64,000 nucleotides of DNA from Octopus vulgaris (lineage: Eukaryota), in the NCBI GenBank assembly GCA_951406725.2, contig OX597820.1, positions 74,710,001 to 74,774,000 of the forward strand. The letters are read 5' to 3'. Shown one piece after another: positions 1 through 13,542 of this stretch (position 1 is its first letter; each line of letters opens with the position of its first letter). A model generated the notes under the pieces. It saw nothing but the letters and a program-made list of their open reading frames with translations, made no database searches and was not told where the DNA came from. Made by a program: the position numbers and the translations under genes.

Positions 1-222
1 AAGAATCTGAATCTCGATAACAAGTATTGATTGGATTGGCAGAAAGTCCAGTCGCTAAAATTCTGAAATACTCTTTGCTAGCCCTCTACTCAATTTGCTC
101 GTATTACCACAGACCGGCGAAGCAGTTACTGTATGGTCAATCAACATGCTAGAAATAACAGCTTCTACTTTCTCAGATCAAATCCTACAGCCATAGAAAA
201 AGAAAACTTTAATAGAAATATC

Positions 223-490
223 TGAGACCTCCCTCTTCGGTCACGACACAGACCATGGGATTGCACCTAGAAAGTTACCCTCCCAGGCACAAGTCTGGGC
301 AAGGTCGTTTATGGAAGACCAGTAGTCGCCCATGCATACCGACCTCCCCTCTCTACGCCACCAGTGTTATCCAAGGGAAAGGCAAAGGGGCCGATACAGC
401 TTGGCACCTGTGACATCGCAACTCATTTCTACAGCTGAGTGAACTGGAGCAACGTGAAATAAAGTGTCTTGCTCAAGAACACAACACGCA
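223..490 (-). mobile_element. SINE, family S3 (5'-truncated)
   Basis: Reverse complement matches the + strand copy at 60011-60322 over core and tail (GGGATTGCACCTAGAAAG, CCAAGGGAAAGGCAAAGGGGCCGATACAGCTTGGCACC). Confidence 0.85.
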
Positions 491-1144
491 TACGAACGTT
501 CTGTTAAAAACAGGAGAAACATTAGATAGCATATCCCTAAGAGATTTTATCTCAGAATACCACAATAACTGGCCTAGCCTATAACCAGTGTGTATACATT
601 ACGTATGATACATTGATGGTTATTTTAATGTAATACTGCCGCAATTGCCTATATATGATAATAGAACTGTTAGAGATTGATTGACATTGTCTATTGCTCT
701 ACTTGGTCTGGGTTGAACTAACCGAAGGAAAACTACAAGCATTCTCTTGCTATTTATTACCAACATCAATGATAGAATATATCAATAAAAAGGATGAGAA
801 TCTTGAAATTATAAAACGCCAAGCTAATTAGAATTTAAGATAAATGCAATGTGTTTCTTAATTAATTGAAATTTCCTTTTAAGTGGAAAAACAATACAAA
901 GTGAAAAAGTGACTTGCATAGAAATGGGGAAATAATTTCGAGACAGAAAATAATTTGCCAAGTAATTTTACAAAGAAAGGTTGACCTTTGTGGTGAGAAT
1001 TTAACTATGGGTATATTAATCTAGAAGCTCTGATATCGATATGGATGTGAGAAGGCATAAAGTCATAAGAAAAAATTACAAGACGTGTTACAGGACTTGG
1101 GGTGTTTCTGCTGTAATCAACTTTATCTTTAGAGAATTTAAATA

Positions 1145-1407
1145 AATAAAATAAATAAATGCGCCCTTTTAAAGCCTAGCCAGGCTCATGGTCCCGGTTT
1201 CCCGGTTTCAATGGCGTATGTGTTCCCCAGCTGGACGGAACGCCAGTCCATCGCAGCGTTACTCATTTTTGCCAGCTGAGAGGACTGGAGCAACGTGAAA
1301 TGAAGTGTTTTGCTCAAGAACACAATGCGTCACCCGGTCCAGGAATCGAAACCACAATCTTACGACCATGAAGCTGACACCCTTACCACTAAACTACAAC
1401 CCTCCGC
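1145..1407 (-). mobile_element. tRNA-derived SINE (S3 core, alternative tail) with TSD
   Basis: Closely similar copy at 38192-38440; B-box-like GTTTCGATTCC on minus strand; (TTTA)n tail; flanking direct repeat AGAGAATTTAAATA (1131-1144) / AGAGGATTTAAATA (1408-1421). Confidence 0.85.
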
Positions 1408-1530
1408 AGAGGATTTAAATACAGTTACAAAACCGACTGGGAAACTAATGATCTGTAAAATATAATAATTCGCACTAGTTCACTCTAATGTACAGGTGCC
1501 TGTAGTTCATTTAATTATCTAAATAAACTT

Positions 1531-1836
1531 GTTGCTTGTTCCTTCTCGAGCCATGCCTGGGTCATAAGGGCCGGTTTCCCGGTTTCATTGCCGTATAGGT
1601 TCCCCACCTGAACGAGAGGCCGGTCCGTTGCAGGTGAGCTGCAAGATGCAGGAGGAAAGAGTGGGAGAAATTTGTGGCGAAAGAGTCAGCAGAAGTTCGA
1701 AATTACCTTCTGCCGGAGCCGCGTGGAGCTTAGGTGTTTCGCTCATAAACACACACATCGCCCGGTCTGAGATTCGAACCCGCGATCCCCCAACTGCGAG
1801 TTCGCTGTTCTAACCACTTAGGCCATGTACCTCCAC
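1531..1836 (-). mobile_element. tRNA-derived SINE (S4 core) with perfect 14-bp TSD
   Basis: Minus-strand A box TGGCCTAAGTGG and B box GGTTCGAATC; TSD ATCTAAATAAACTT at 1517-1530 and 1837-1850; core shared with 30612-30735. Confidence 0.9.
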
Positions 1837-2496
1837 ATCTAAATAAACTTAATATGTATAATTTAGTGTGTGTTAACCAAGATGATCACCGCTGATTTAG
1901 AAAAGCCAGTTATCAAAAGGTTCCAGAAAATAGCGTTGTAGCAATATTGTGCGCTGCTTCTTAAAGTTTGAAATAGAGTTAACTGGACCGAACTGGAGAT
2001 AGCCAGAGCTAGCCAGAGCAGATCGGAGCTGCACTCACAACAACAAAGAAAAATACAATTTTCATGTCATGAAATCTTATGGCGGAATAAAATTGAAAAC
2101 ATAATTGAAATGTGTACCATAATAAAACAATTTGGAGTGTTACACTGGCTGGAACGTTAACAATGGGAAGCGAAATTAAAAACATTTAGCAGCAATTTTA
2201 CCATAATGGAAGGAATATGTGTGATATACTTTAAACAACATTAAAAATAGAAGAAAACGTCATGAGACCCTTTAATATAATGAAATAATGTGATAGTGAT
2301 CTACAAATTTATTAAAATAGAAATATAATGTAGAATATTTATCTGGGTTGCAATTTGTTCTACCAATATACATGAAAATAAGTCAAATGTCTGTCAGTGA
2401 AAGACAATATCTGTCAATGAAAGACAAAATTTTGAACCAAGAGGTAAGTCGCTGAAACAAATAACGCAAACATTTCAACCGACATATTAAGGATTA

Positions 2497-3135
<639 letters not shown>

Positions 3136-4604
3136 TATTGCTAAATGCCTCATTGTTAGTGACTTGTTGCCTCGCATTTCTGAGCAGAACATACATTAAT
3201 CTATTTCTGTTGCATTTATATAGCAGAAATTGTACGAGTAATTGTATTATCTTCCCAGCGTCATATCTCATAACAATTTTTTGTTTTTGTATATAAAATT
3301 CACTATATTACCCATTCAGAATATCACCTAAAAATTTTAGCACATCACTTAAACACTGCATCACTCTAGTTTACCTTAAATATTGTCATTATCTGATCGA
3401 TAAAATACCCACCCAATTTTGCCTGTAAACTATGTGCATTAGCGCGAAGACACATATAATGCAACCAGATTTTACGAAGGAAATTAAACTGCGCACAAAA
3501 AAAGAAGATAAACACATACATCCATACGAAATAAACGTATGGATTATAGGCCCCATATATCTTTAATGCAACAGAAGACTCCATAAAACGTTATAGATGG
3601 GTTTTTTTTCAAAAATCTTTTCAACAATTCTATGCAGTTTTTATTTATTTATCTTTTATACCCAGGGCGAGATACACGATGAAATTGGCTTCATATGTTC
3701 ATGCTTATATATACTCAAATATTCACTGGAAAATTTTCTTCTCAAAAGGTTTTTTATGCAGGAACATACTAAAAATGTATTAGATGTAACACAGCATCCA
3801 ATAAGAATCCAATAAGCATCTATAGGTCACGTACCACCAGGACTGGTATAGAATCTATTTCATCTTATCATCCATACTATACTTCATTTTATCAAATACC
3901 CTCGTGTTTTATAATACATTATCAACCCCTGCCTCGTTACAGTCGCCATATCTTACGATAAAGCTTACTACAACGGCACTTTAAACCGTGTACCGAATTC
4001 TCTTGTATCTAAACTTACAGAGCGGGTGTGGAATATTACTGGAAGCCAAGAGTACACAACGAACGATCCCACCCTGCCATACATGGAATTAATCATTTAG
4101 ACTTAAGTTTTTTTGTCCTTAGGCCAGGCTTATCATCCGTGATGTTTGGAGATATAAAAACATTCTTTAATAGATTTCTCACGGAAAGTTATTAAAAAAA
4201 TATTCTGTTTTACAGTTGAAAATTTTTCAAGTATTTAGAAAAATCTTGCTTACCATGTTTCGTTAATCATAGGTATTTCTGACGAAACAATTAATTATTC
4301 GATTTTTCAGAACCATATATACTCTAAAGTCTTTAGCTATAATTTTAAAAACCACCCTCTTGGGGTGAACTGTGCGTAAACTATTATTCTATGCAAAGTT
4401 TAATAATATACAGGTAGAAGGCTGAAAAATTGGAAATTCCACTTCGATGGAATTTGAACTAAGGAGAGATCATACGGACTGCTGACGCTTACACTATGCT
4501 ATCAATATAAGATTTCTTATTACAAATTCATTGCCTGCATTTATACAAGGGTCACATTTGCGAGGTGGTGGGGTGGGATTAATATAGTGGAGTATAGTAT
4601 GCGA

Positions 4605-4730
4605 CTGATTAGCAGAGTTGTTAGAGTGTCGGAATAGATAACGGTAATCGATTCGGCTCTATACACAGTGATTTCAAATCCTATCGACATCACAATTGTC
4701 TCTCATACTTTCAGGATCGATAAATAAAGT
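4605..4730 (+). mobile_element. degenerate S2 SINE fragment
   Basis: Diverged match to S2 (TTCAAATCC...CATACTTTCAGGATCGATAAATAAAGT). Confidence 0.5.
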
Positions 4731-5223
4731 CCTGTATTGGTTGTTGATTTCTTTTCTTTCTTTCAATCATTTTCCAGTTTGACTGCCTTTCACTCTTCAG
4801 AAAGATCTCATCTGTGGCCCGACCTGTAAATGTTTGGCTTCTGCTGAATCTAGAAATGTCCGGGACACGCTGTATGTTACGGCTGTGCCCCTACGACTCC
4901 TTCAAATAATTAAGGGCTCAAAGAAAAAAGTAGTTGGTCATAATACCGTTATTACGTTATTACCTGGTCAAAGCCATTGCACTCGTTACGATTACACCAT
5001 TTTTAAAGACAGTGTACATATGATCATTTTATTTCAATTGTCCTTCCATTTTAAAAAGTTCTACACCGCAATATGAGGATGATTTCGCTGCTACCTTTAG
5101 CAATCAAGTGACACTGTGTACGATTTCTTCTACCGTTTCCTATTTCATGTTTATGTGAATCTCTGTCTCTTCCGTTCTCTTACTCGCTCTCACACACACG
5201 TTTTCGGCAGGTTTGTATATATA

Positions 5224-6082
5224 GTTAAGTTAAGTTAAGTTAATTTTTTGGCTCAAAAAGCAAAAAGCAAGGCCATGTAGGGGGACATGGAGTTATGTAC
5301 AGGGTGGTGTTCATGCAAAGAGTTCAGGCCATTTGTGGTCAAGGGAGACTTCACTATCTCGTCCGGCAGCTTATTCCACAGATACGCAACTCGGACGGAG
5401 AAAGCCCCTCTCCTTCGATTGAGATGAAATCGTCGCAGATAGAGCTTTTCGGAGTGACCCCACAGCCGACGTTCTGGAGCAGTAGTGAAGAATAGCTCTT
5501 TCGAGAGGTTACACTTTCCGCTTATGATATTGTGAGCAAGAATGAGATCACCACGGCGTCGTCGTTTTTCTAAAGAATAAAGGTCGAGCGTCTTCAGCCT
5601 TTCTTCATAAGACAAATGCTTGGGACCAAGAACCATGCGGGTAGCCAGGTTCCGAACTCTTTCCAGATGATGTATGTCTTTGAGGAGATAAAGAGAAGAA
5701 ACTTGAATCCCGTACTCCAATATGGGTCTCACCAGCGTGACATAGAGCGGTAGGAATATGGTTGCTGTGAGCATTCCGAATGACCGTCGAATCAAAAACA
5801 GAACTCCGCGTGCTTTGTTGGCAGCATGGACGCACTGGGCCGAAGGCGAAAAAGAAGAAAACACCAAGATACCCAGGTCCTTTACCTGGTCGGTCCTCTC
5901 CAGCAGCAGACGACCTGGCTCGAAATCAAGTTGAGTTGCAGGAGAAGAGCCAACAGGCAGATGAAAGCACGTTCAGACACAGGTCCCATTCGTTAGACCA
6001 TCTCCAAACTTGGAGGAGGCATCGACGAAGATCCTCTATATCACCGCGAGGAGCGACCAGTTTGACATCATCGGCAAATAGA
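5224..6082 (-). mobile_element. CR1-clade LINE 3' fragment (RT C-terminus, frameshifted)
   Basis: Translations LFADDVKL, LYVTLVRPILEYG, LSYEERLKTLDLYSLEKRRRRGDLI, FSVRVAYLWNKLP are typical CR1/L2 ORF2 motifs; ends in a (TTAAC)n tail at 5224-5243. Confidence 0.92.
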
Positions 6083-6099
6083 AGGGTGTGTTGCGTGTT

Positions 6100-6950
6100 G
6101 TGTATGTATGTATGTATGTATGTATGTATGTATGTATGTATGTATGTATGTATGTATGTATGTATGTATGTATGCATGTATGTATGTATGTATGTGTGTG
6201 TGTGTGTGTATGTGTGTGTGCGTATGTATGTATGTATGCATATGAGAGTATTTGTGAGTTCGTGTGTGTATGTATGCATGTATGTCTGTATATGCAAGTG
6301 TATTTGAGTGTGTATGAATGTGTGTGAGTGTGTGTGAGTGAGAGTGAGTGTGTGTATGTGTATGTGTGTGTACGTACGTATGTATATAAGTATGTAAGTA
6401 TGTATGTATAAATGGATGTATGTATGAATGTATGTATGTATGTATGTATGTATGGGTGTATGTTTTTATATGTAAGTGTGTGTGAGTGTGTTTCTAACTG
6501 TGTGCATGTGTGTATATGTGTGTATGTATGTATATGTGAGAGTGTATGTATATATGTATATGCGAATATGTATGAGTGTGTGTGTGTATGTATATACGTA
6601 TATATGCATATACAAATGTGTATGAGTGTGTGTGTATATATGTATATGAGAATATGTATGTGTGTGTGTGTGCATATATGTAAGTATATATGCATATGCG
6701 AATGTGTATAAGTGTGTGTATGTAATTATGTATGTATATGCAGCTTTGTGTTTGTATCTGAGTATATGTGTGTATGTATATATGTATATGCGAATATGTA
6801 TGAGTGTGTCTATGTATGTATGTCTATATGTACGTATATATGCATATGCGAAAGTGTATAAGTGTGTGTGTATGTATTTGTGTATGTATATGCAACTATG
6901 TGTTTGTGTCTGAGTATATGTGTGTGTGTATGTGTGTGTGTATGTGTGCC
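6100..6950. repeat. (TATG)n/(TG)n microsatellite-derived tract
   Basis: Simple repeats with internal re-duplicated blocks. Confidence 0.9.
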
Positions 6951-7403
6951 TGCCCGGGCACTCATGTAGTTGTGTTTGGCTTGTTACTGAGATGAAGAAC
7001 AAATGTTTGAAGCAAATTGTAACACCTTTCATCCTTCAATCCATCGAAGGTGCCTCTTTTCACATTTCTTTCGCTCTAACATTTCTGCTAATATAAATGT
7101 TTATTCAAATACGAGTGTGGGTGTGTATATATTTGTTTTGTTGAGGATTCCGCCTACGCGCACATATCTGTGGAGTGTCACTTTTTTTTTTTTTACTGTT
7201 TTAATTCTTTTCCCTTTAAGTTTTACAAATATTTATCATAATCTAAATTCTGGCGTATTTCGGCCAAACGGAACAGCTGCGATTTTTTTTTTTTTTTTTT
7301 GAAAAAAGATGATTCTTATCAAAAGTACTTCCAGGCTTTGGAAAGCGATGACAAGAACATGTGGCTCCAACGGAAACCTTAGATTATGTTCATTGCAACC
7401 AAT

Positions 7404-7404
<1 letters not shown>

Positions 7405-7440
<36 letters not shown>

Positions 7441-7501
7441 GACTACTACTACTACTACTACCACCACCACCACCACCACCACCACCACCACCACCACCAC
7501 C

Positions 7502-7575
<74 letters not shown>

Positions 7576-7579
7576 CACC

Positions 7580-7614
<35 letters not shown>

Positions 7615-7633
7615 CAATAATAACAATAATAAC

Positions 7634-7682
<49 letters not shown>

Positions 7683-7690
7683 GTATTAAT
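7405..7690. repeat. compound trinucleotide microsatellite (CTA)n/(CCA)n/(AAT)n
   Basis: Seen directly; source of the poly-T/Y/H/N ORFs. Confidence 0.95.
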
Positions 7691-8003
7691 AACAAGAGCA
7701 TTCAGAGAAGCCAAACCTCCGCCAAGGCAACATCAACGTACTTTCAATGATTAACCCGAGATTATTTTTAAAATGTGAGTATTTGAAATAAACTCGACTG
7801 CCCTCACAAACTGGAACACTAAAAATTATCCAGACCGCTCTCAAAAATTAAAAAAAAAACGGGAAGATAATCCAGAATGCTTGACAGATACCGGATCGAT
7901 CCCAAAATCTAATCACACCATGCCACAACGAGGCCACTCGCCCCTGAAAATGTCATCTGAATCCATCCAGTGGTTCTTGAGATATCTTGTCCTCGGACAA
8001 ACA
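7690..8003 (+). mobile_element. putative non-autonomous Helitron/Helentron-associated element
   Basis: Starts AACAAGAGCATTCAGAG..CCTCCGCCAAGG and carries AAAATGTCATCTGAATCCATCCAGTGGTTCTTGAGATATC followed by ACAAAC-type repeats, as in HINE/DINE-like elements; recognised by pattern only. Confidence 0.5.
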
Positions 8004-8067
8004 AGCCCCCCCCCCCCAAAAAAAAAGAACACGACTGAACAACAACAACAACAACAATAATAATAAT

Positions 8068-8700
8068 ATCCCATAATAAAAACAGGTAGGAACACAAACC
8101 ACTTCCAATGCTTGAAAATATCCACATCTCACTCCTCTGGAACTTCACCGTTCAAACTGACAGAAAGATAGATGCGAATAAGCTAGACAGTACATTGAAA
8201 GACTTCAGACAAAAATCATTGATATGACTGTTCCAATCGCTACAAATGTAGCTGTCAATACCTACCAAAAACTGAGCAAGTAAAAAGATTTTGAAATAGA
8301 AATTGACAAAATGTAGAACATCAAGACTAGAACGATACATGTTGTCATAGGGGCATTGAGAATAATGGCAAAAGGGGATGATTGCTACGTAGCACAGATA
8401 CCAGGAAACCCCAAAATGGCAGAAATTCAAACGATAGTGCTCATGCGAACAGCCCATATCCTGCGTAAAATATTGTCTATGTAATCTCAAATTTCAAAAG
8501 AAACTTATAAATTTCTTATGCTTTTTTTTCAACATTTTCTAGAACAATACTTTGTGCAAAACCAAATAGGCATAACTCCAACATGAACTTCTAGCTTGTA
8601 TCTTGATGTCTCTGGGTGAAACTTGGAGTCAAATTGTACAAGCAAAATGCAAGTCAAACATATAACAATAATGATAACAATAATGATAATAATAATAAGA
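8068..8700 (+). mobile_element. R4/Dong-type non-LTR retrotransposon 3' end (restriction-like endonuclease remnant + 3' UTR)
   Basis: Broken translation LLWNFTVQTDRKIDANKLD..IDMTVP..VVIGAL..AEIQTIVLMRTAHILRKILSM* (stop 8482-8484); flanked by (AAT)n-like tracts. Confidence 0.85.
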
Positions 8701-8704
8701 AGAA

Positions 8705-10160
8705 CAACATGCTCTCGAAGGATATTTCTGTGTTAGACCGAAAAGAGAAGGGCAAGAAAGCGCCTGAAATTGGTAATGGAGGAACTCAAACAGCGCTTCG
8801 TTGCAAAGAAAACAAAGATGGTAAGATACGACCAAAGAATGAAGGGATACCAGTTAAATAGATTATTTAGAGTAGATCAGAAGAGATACTATAAAGAAAT
8901 AAATGGAGAGTGTACAGATGAAAAGTTGATACCAGATAACATTGAAAGTCAAAGGTTTTGGAGTGACAATTGGACAAGGAGCACAAGGATACTGAACGGT
9001 TGCAAGAATTGAAACAAACAGTAGTCTGACTAAAACAGGCAGAACTAGTCATTTCCGTTTGTGAAGGAAATCAGCAGTAGTGAAGGTAATCAGCAAAAGC
9101 TAGGCAGCTGGAAGGTCCCGGGACCAGGTGGAGATCAAGGCTACTGGATCAGAAGATTTGGTGAAATTCATGCCCGAATATCTTCACAAATCAACATCTT
9201 GTTGAATGCCGACCAAGTTACACCAGAGTGGTTGGCAACGGGTAGGACGCTGCTGCACTTGAAAAACGCCATACGGTAGAGAATTACAGGCTGATATCCT
9301 GCTTGCTACTTATGTGGAAATTATTGACTGGAATAGTCGCAGAGTCAATGTATGGACAACTGGAAAAAGATGAATTCCTGCCACATGAGCAGAAGGGTTG
9401 CAGGCTTAAGTGCAGAAGTACCAGAGATCAACTCCTGGTAGACAAAACTGTACTTAGAGACTGCAAGAGGAGGAAAACTAACTTAGCCATGTCATAGATC
9501 GCTTAACGTAAGGCATACGATATAATCCCACAGTTTTGGATTATGGAAAGTATGAACCTATTTGGTATTGCATCGAATGTTGAGCGATTGCTTGGAAAAA
9601 ATACGGCGTAATGGAGGACGGATCTGACAGCATATGGAAGAAGTTTAGAGACAATAAAAATCAGGAGAGGCATCATTCAAGGGAACGCCTTCCGCACTGA
9701 TATTTGTACTGTACATGATACCACTAACACTGATTCTGAGGAAAACAAAAACTGGGTATGAATCCAGGTGCCGCCAACAAAATGTCAATCACTTATTATT
9801 CATGGATAGCCTCAAGCTTTATGGTAAATATGAAGCCCAAATTAGTTCTCTCGTTGATATGGTGTATACTTTCAGTGCTGATATAAGAATGGAATTCGGA
9901 CTGAAAATGTGTGGTGTGTTAGACTAGTAGAGAGGCAGAATTATATGTATGGACGGTCAAGTGATACCGTCGGGGAAGATTTTGAAGCAAATAAAAGAGA
10001 TGAACTTCAAGTTGTTGGAGATATTGGAAATGGATAAATTGCTGGAGAAAGAAATAACAGAAAAATTTAAGGTGGAATTCTTGCGCAGACTGAGACTGAT
10101 CCTTAAATCGAAATTAAACGGACGGAATAAGACTGAAGCTAACAATATCTGGGCGGATTA
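8705..10160 (+). mobile_element. R4/Dong-type RT pseudogene fragment
   Basis: Successive frames give [64 protein letters not shown]; many stops and frameshifts. Confidence 0.9.
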
Positions 10161-10894
10161 CCTCAACACTCGCCTGGTGTTAGTATGTTTGCGTTTCGTT
10201 AAAATTTTCTGAGGATTTCTATTTTCTGCCACATTTTATGATCTTGTTGGTGTGTATACCTTTCTCACCCCCAGACAGAAGCAATGTGATGATTGCTCTG
10301 GCCTTTGTGGTTTTAGACAGAGTTTAGATGTCTTGCAGCATTGACTGACTGGCCCGAAATTTGGGGGTAGCTCCCATCCACCTTTGCATGAACCCCTTTG
10401 CAAAGCGTCTCCATTCCCTCTACTCGAGTCATAACAAAGTTCTAAACCAAAAGCAGACAGTACAGTCAAACTGGAAGCATCATTCTTTGAACCATCCAAG
10501 AAGCCGACTATATTCAATTGCCTTTAAGCAGTTGTCTTGCTGGATTTCGGTATTTTCCGGTTTATCAATATCTCTTACGGTATGATCGTCATTTTCCCCA
10601 AAGCAGCGGACTCTTTTTCTTTTTGATTGCCGGAATCCCAGAGCTCTGAATGTTGATGATGTCATTTTCCAGCTATCTATTTCACTGAGTTGAACTTCAA
10701 GAATGACCACGTGGCCATCTTTTCCAGTGAGATCAGTGTCAGCTCTGCTCCTTCTATTGATGGTGTCGTCACCGTAATGTCGTCAATGAACGCCCTATAA
10801 GCTGGATTTCAACTGTTTCGGTGAACGCCGAGATCTCCCAACAGCTTTCCTGCTACTTCTAACAGTATATTCAAGGCTAGCACAAACAGCACCA

Positions 10895-11065
10895 ATTGTT
10901 TCAGTCATTAGATTATGGCCATGCTTGGGAATCGTCTTGAAGAATTTTTAATCGAATGAATCCATACCAGAATTTATTATTTCAAGCTTGATACTTATAC
11001 CGACGACGTCCCTTGCTGAACTGCTAAGTCACGGTGCTTAAACACATCAACACCACCCACACACT
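10895..11065 (-). mobile_element. S1 SINE 3' fragment
   Basis: TTGTTTCAGTCATT..GGCCATGCT terminus shared with other S1 copies. Confidence 0.6.
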
Positions 11066-11067
11066 CA

Positions 11068-11156
<89 letters not shown>

Positions 11157-11994
11157 GTCTCTCTCTCTATATATATATACGCCGGCTTCCTTACAATTTC
11201 CCTATGATACTTGATGACGGTGGTTACGATACTGATTGGTTTTCTCATATATTGCCGACGTAGTTCTCTTGTTATATATTTACGACTATTCGAAAAAATC
11301 TGTTGCTGAAAACACAAAAAATTATTTGATGTATCTGAGCTACAGGTGTTATATTTCACCTCTGTATATTAAGGACAGTAGACTTCATACAGAATGTGCA
11401 TCGTGTGTCGATTCAAGAATTTTCTTTGTGAAGACACAGTAGGATACACCTCCTCAAGTAACAAACCCAATACTGATTTCTATATCATTCTTGGTTGCAT
11501 TGCTTGATACTTTGGAGAGTTTTGAGCTAAAAAAATGTTCTACGCGTAAACACACACATACAGACGAGCGCACACAGACACACACACATACAGGCACACA
11601 AACACACACATATATATATATATTCGTTTACCTGTGCATATGTGTTCAGATATCTTAACGTGTATATTATAATGAAAACACTTTTACATTCAATTGAGAG
11701 ATTACGAATACATTTTCTATTGTGTACAAATTTATTATTATTTAAAAAGAGTAGTATTGCTAGTGACTTCGAAGTCAATATTCTTTTAAAAGAACTATAG
11801 ACGTATATATGGCATTTCTAGCATAGATCTGTCCATAACCCCTTACGTCTTAGCGAATCGATGTTCTATTCCCTTTATAGAAGCCCAAGTCTCACATACA
11901 TTCATACATATAACACGAATGTAAACAAATAATGTGTAGGCGCATATATATATTCTGTTGTGAGTATATATATATATGAGTTTGCTTAATATAT

Positions 11995-12181
11995 AGCTTG
12001 CTTAAGAACCACATGGTAAGTAGCTTGCTTACGAACCACGTGGCAAGTAGTTTGCTTACGAACCACATGGCTCCGGGTTCAGTCCCACCACGTGGCAACT
12101 TGGGCAAGCGTCTTCTATAGCCTCGGGCCGACCAAAGCCTTGTGAATGGATTTGGTAGACGGAAACAAAAAGAATCCTGTC

Positions 12182-12226
<45 letters not shown>

Positions 12227-12368
12227 GTATGTGTGTGTGTATATATTTGTGTCTATAGAATAAGTACTAGGCTTACAAAGAATAAGTCCTGGGTCGATTT
12301 GCTCGGCTAAAGGCGGTGGTCCAGCATGGCCTCAGTCAAATGATTGAAGCAAGTAAAAGAGTAAAACA

Positions 12369-12370
<2 letters not shown>
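11995..12370 (+). mobile_element. S1 SINE (tRNA-like head, internal (TA)n)
   Basis: Matches >10 copies in the window: GGTTCAGTCCCAC, GGGCCGACCAAAGCCTTGTG, end AAGTAAAAGAGTAAAA. Confidence 0.9.
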
Positions 12371-12415
<45 letters not shown>

Positions 12416-12425
12416 CATATATACA

Positions 12426-13329
12426 TACGAAGTGTACCCAAAAGAAGTAATCGAACCGTTCTCTGTGGGAGTGGGATAAGCCCGTTGTAGTTCAGGCTTC
12501 CACCTGCTAGAAGCCACCTAATACAATCCTCTGCAATCAGTACGTCGACTGACGTCGCCGAGTGTAGTCCTACAGCCGCGTGATGTGTCTTTGCTTTGCA
12601 GTGCTTCTGTACCGTGCATCAATATTTGAGATGGATGAAACGAAGGAACAGCGTGGCTCCGTGAAATTCTGTCTGCTGCTGGAGAAAACGGCGGCCGAAA
12701 CAGTTTTCATGCTTCAAACAGCTTACAAGGATACTACCATAAGCAAAACCCAAATTTACGAGTGGTGTTTACGCTTTAGAAATGGTCACTTGTCGGTTTA
12801 AGCCCAACCCCGTTCCGGGGGCCCGTCAACCTCCCGATCGAAGGAAAACATCAGGAAAATTCATGAAGTGATCTTCAAGGACTGTTGCGGAGCAATTGAC
12901 GAACTTGTTGATATGACTAGTGTATTCTGGAGCTCCTGCCAGCGAATTCTGAGCGAGACATTGCGAATGAAAAGAGATTCATTAAAATTTGTGCCTCGCT
13001 TGGTCACGGAATATAAAAAGCATTCATAACTGAATACTTGCCGTGAACTGAAAGAACAGTTGGAAGTTGATCCGGACCTTTTTTCGAAGGTCATCAATGG
13101 TGATGAAAACTGGTGCTACGGAATTTGCAAATGTGGAAGAGGTGAACAAAAAACACGACGGAGGCATCAAAAACACTCACTTTAAAAGATTTGAAGCACT
13201 GCTTCGAAAGCACGTGTGGACCGATACGTTGCTTGAAATGGAGATTACTTTGAAGGCGATAAAAGTGTAAACATGTAAAACTGAGTAAATAAAATAATAT
13301 TGCAAAATTTCTGTTGGCTACCCCTCGTA
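12426..13329 (+). mobile_element. internally deleted mariner transposon
   Basis: Imperfect TIRs TACGAAGTGTACCCAAAAGAA / TTCTGTTGGCTACCCCTCGTA with TA ends; transposase from ATG 12631: EQRGSVKFC..KTAAET..YEWCLRFRNG..KFVPRL..INGDENWCY, then jumps to the C-terminus. Confidence 0.9.
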
Positions 13330-13342
13330 TATACATATATAC

Positions 13343-13427
<85 letters not shown>

Positions 13428-13459
13428 TATATATGTATGTGTTTGTATGTATATATGTA

Positions 13460-13538
<79 letters not shown>

Positions 13539-13542
<4 letters not shown>

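Noticed and set aside
7309-7754. Poly-Thr/Asn/His/Tyr ORFs
   Set aside because: Compound trinucleotide microsatellite open in most frames.
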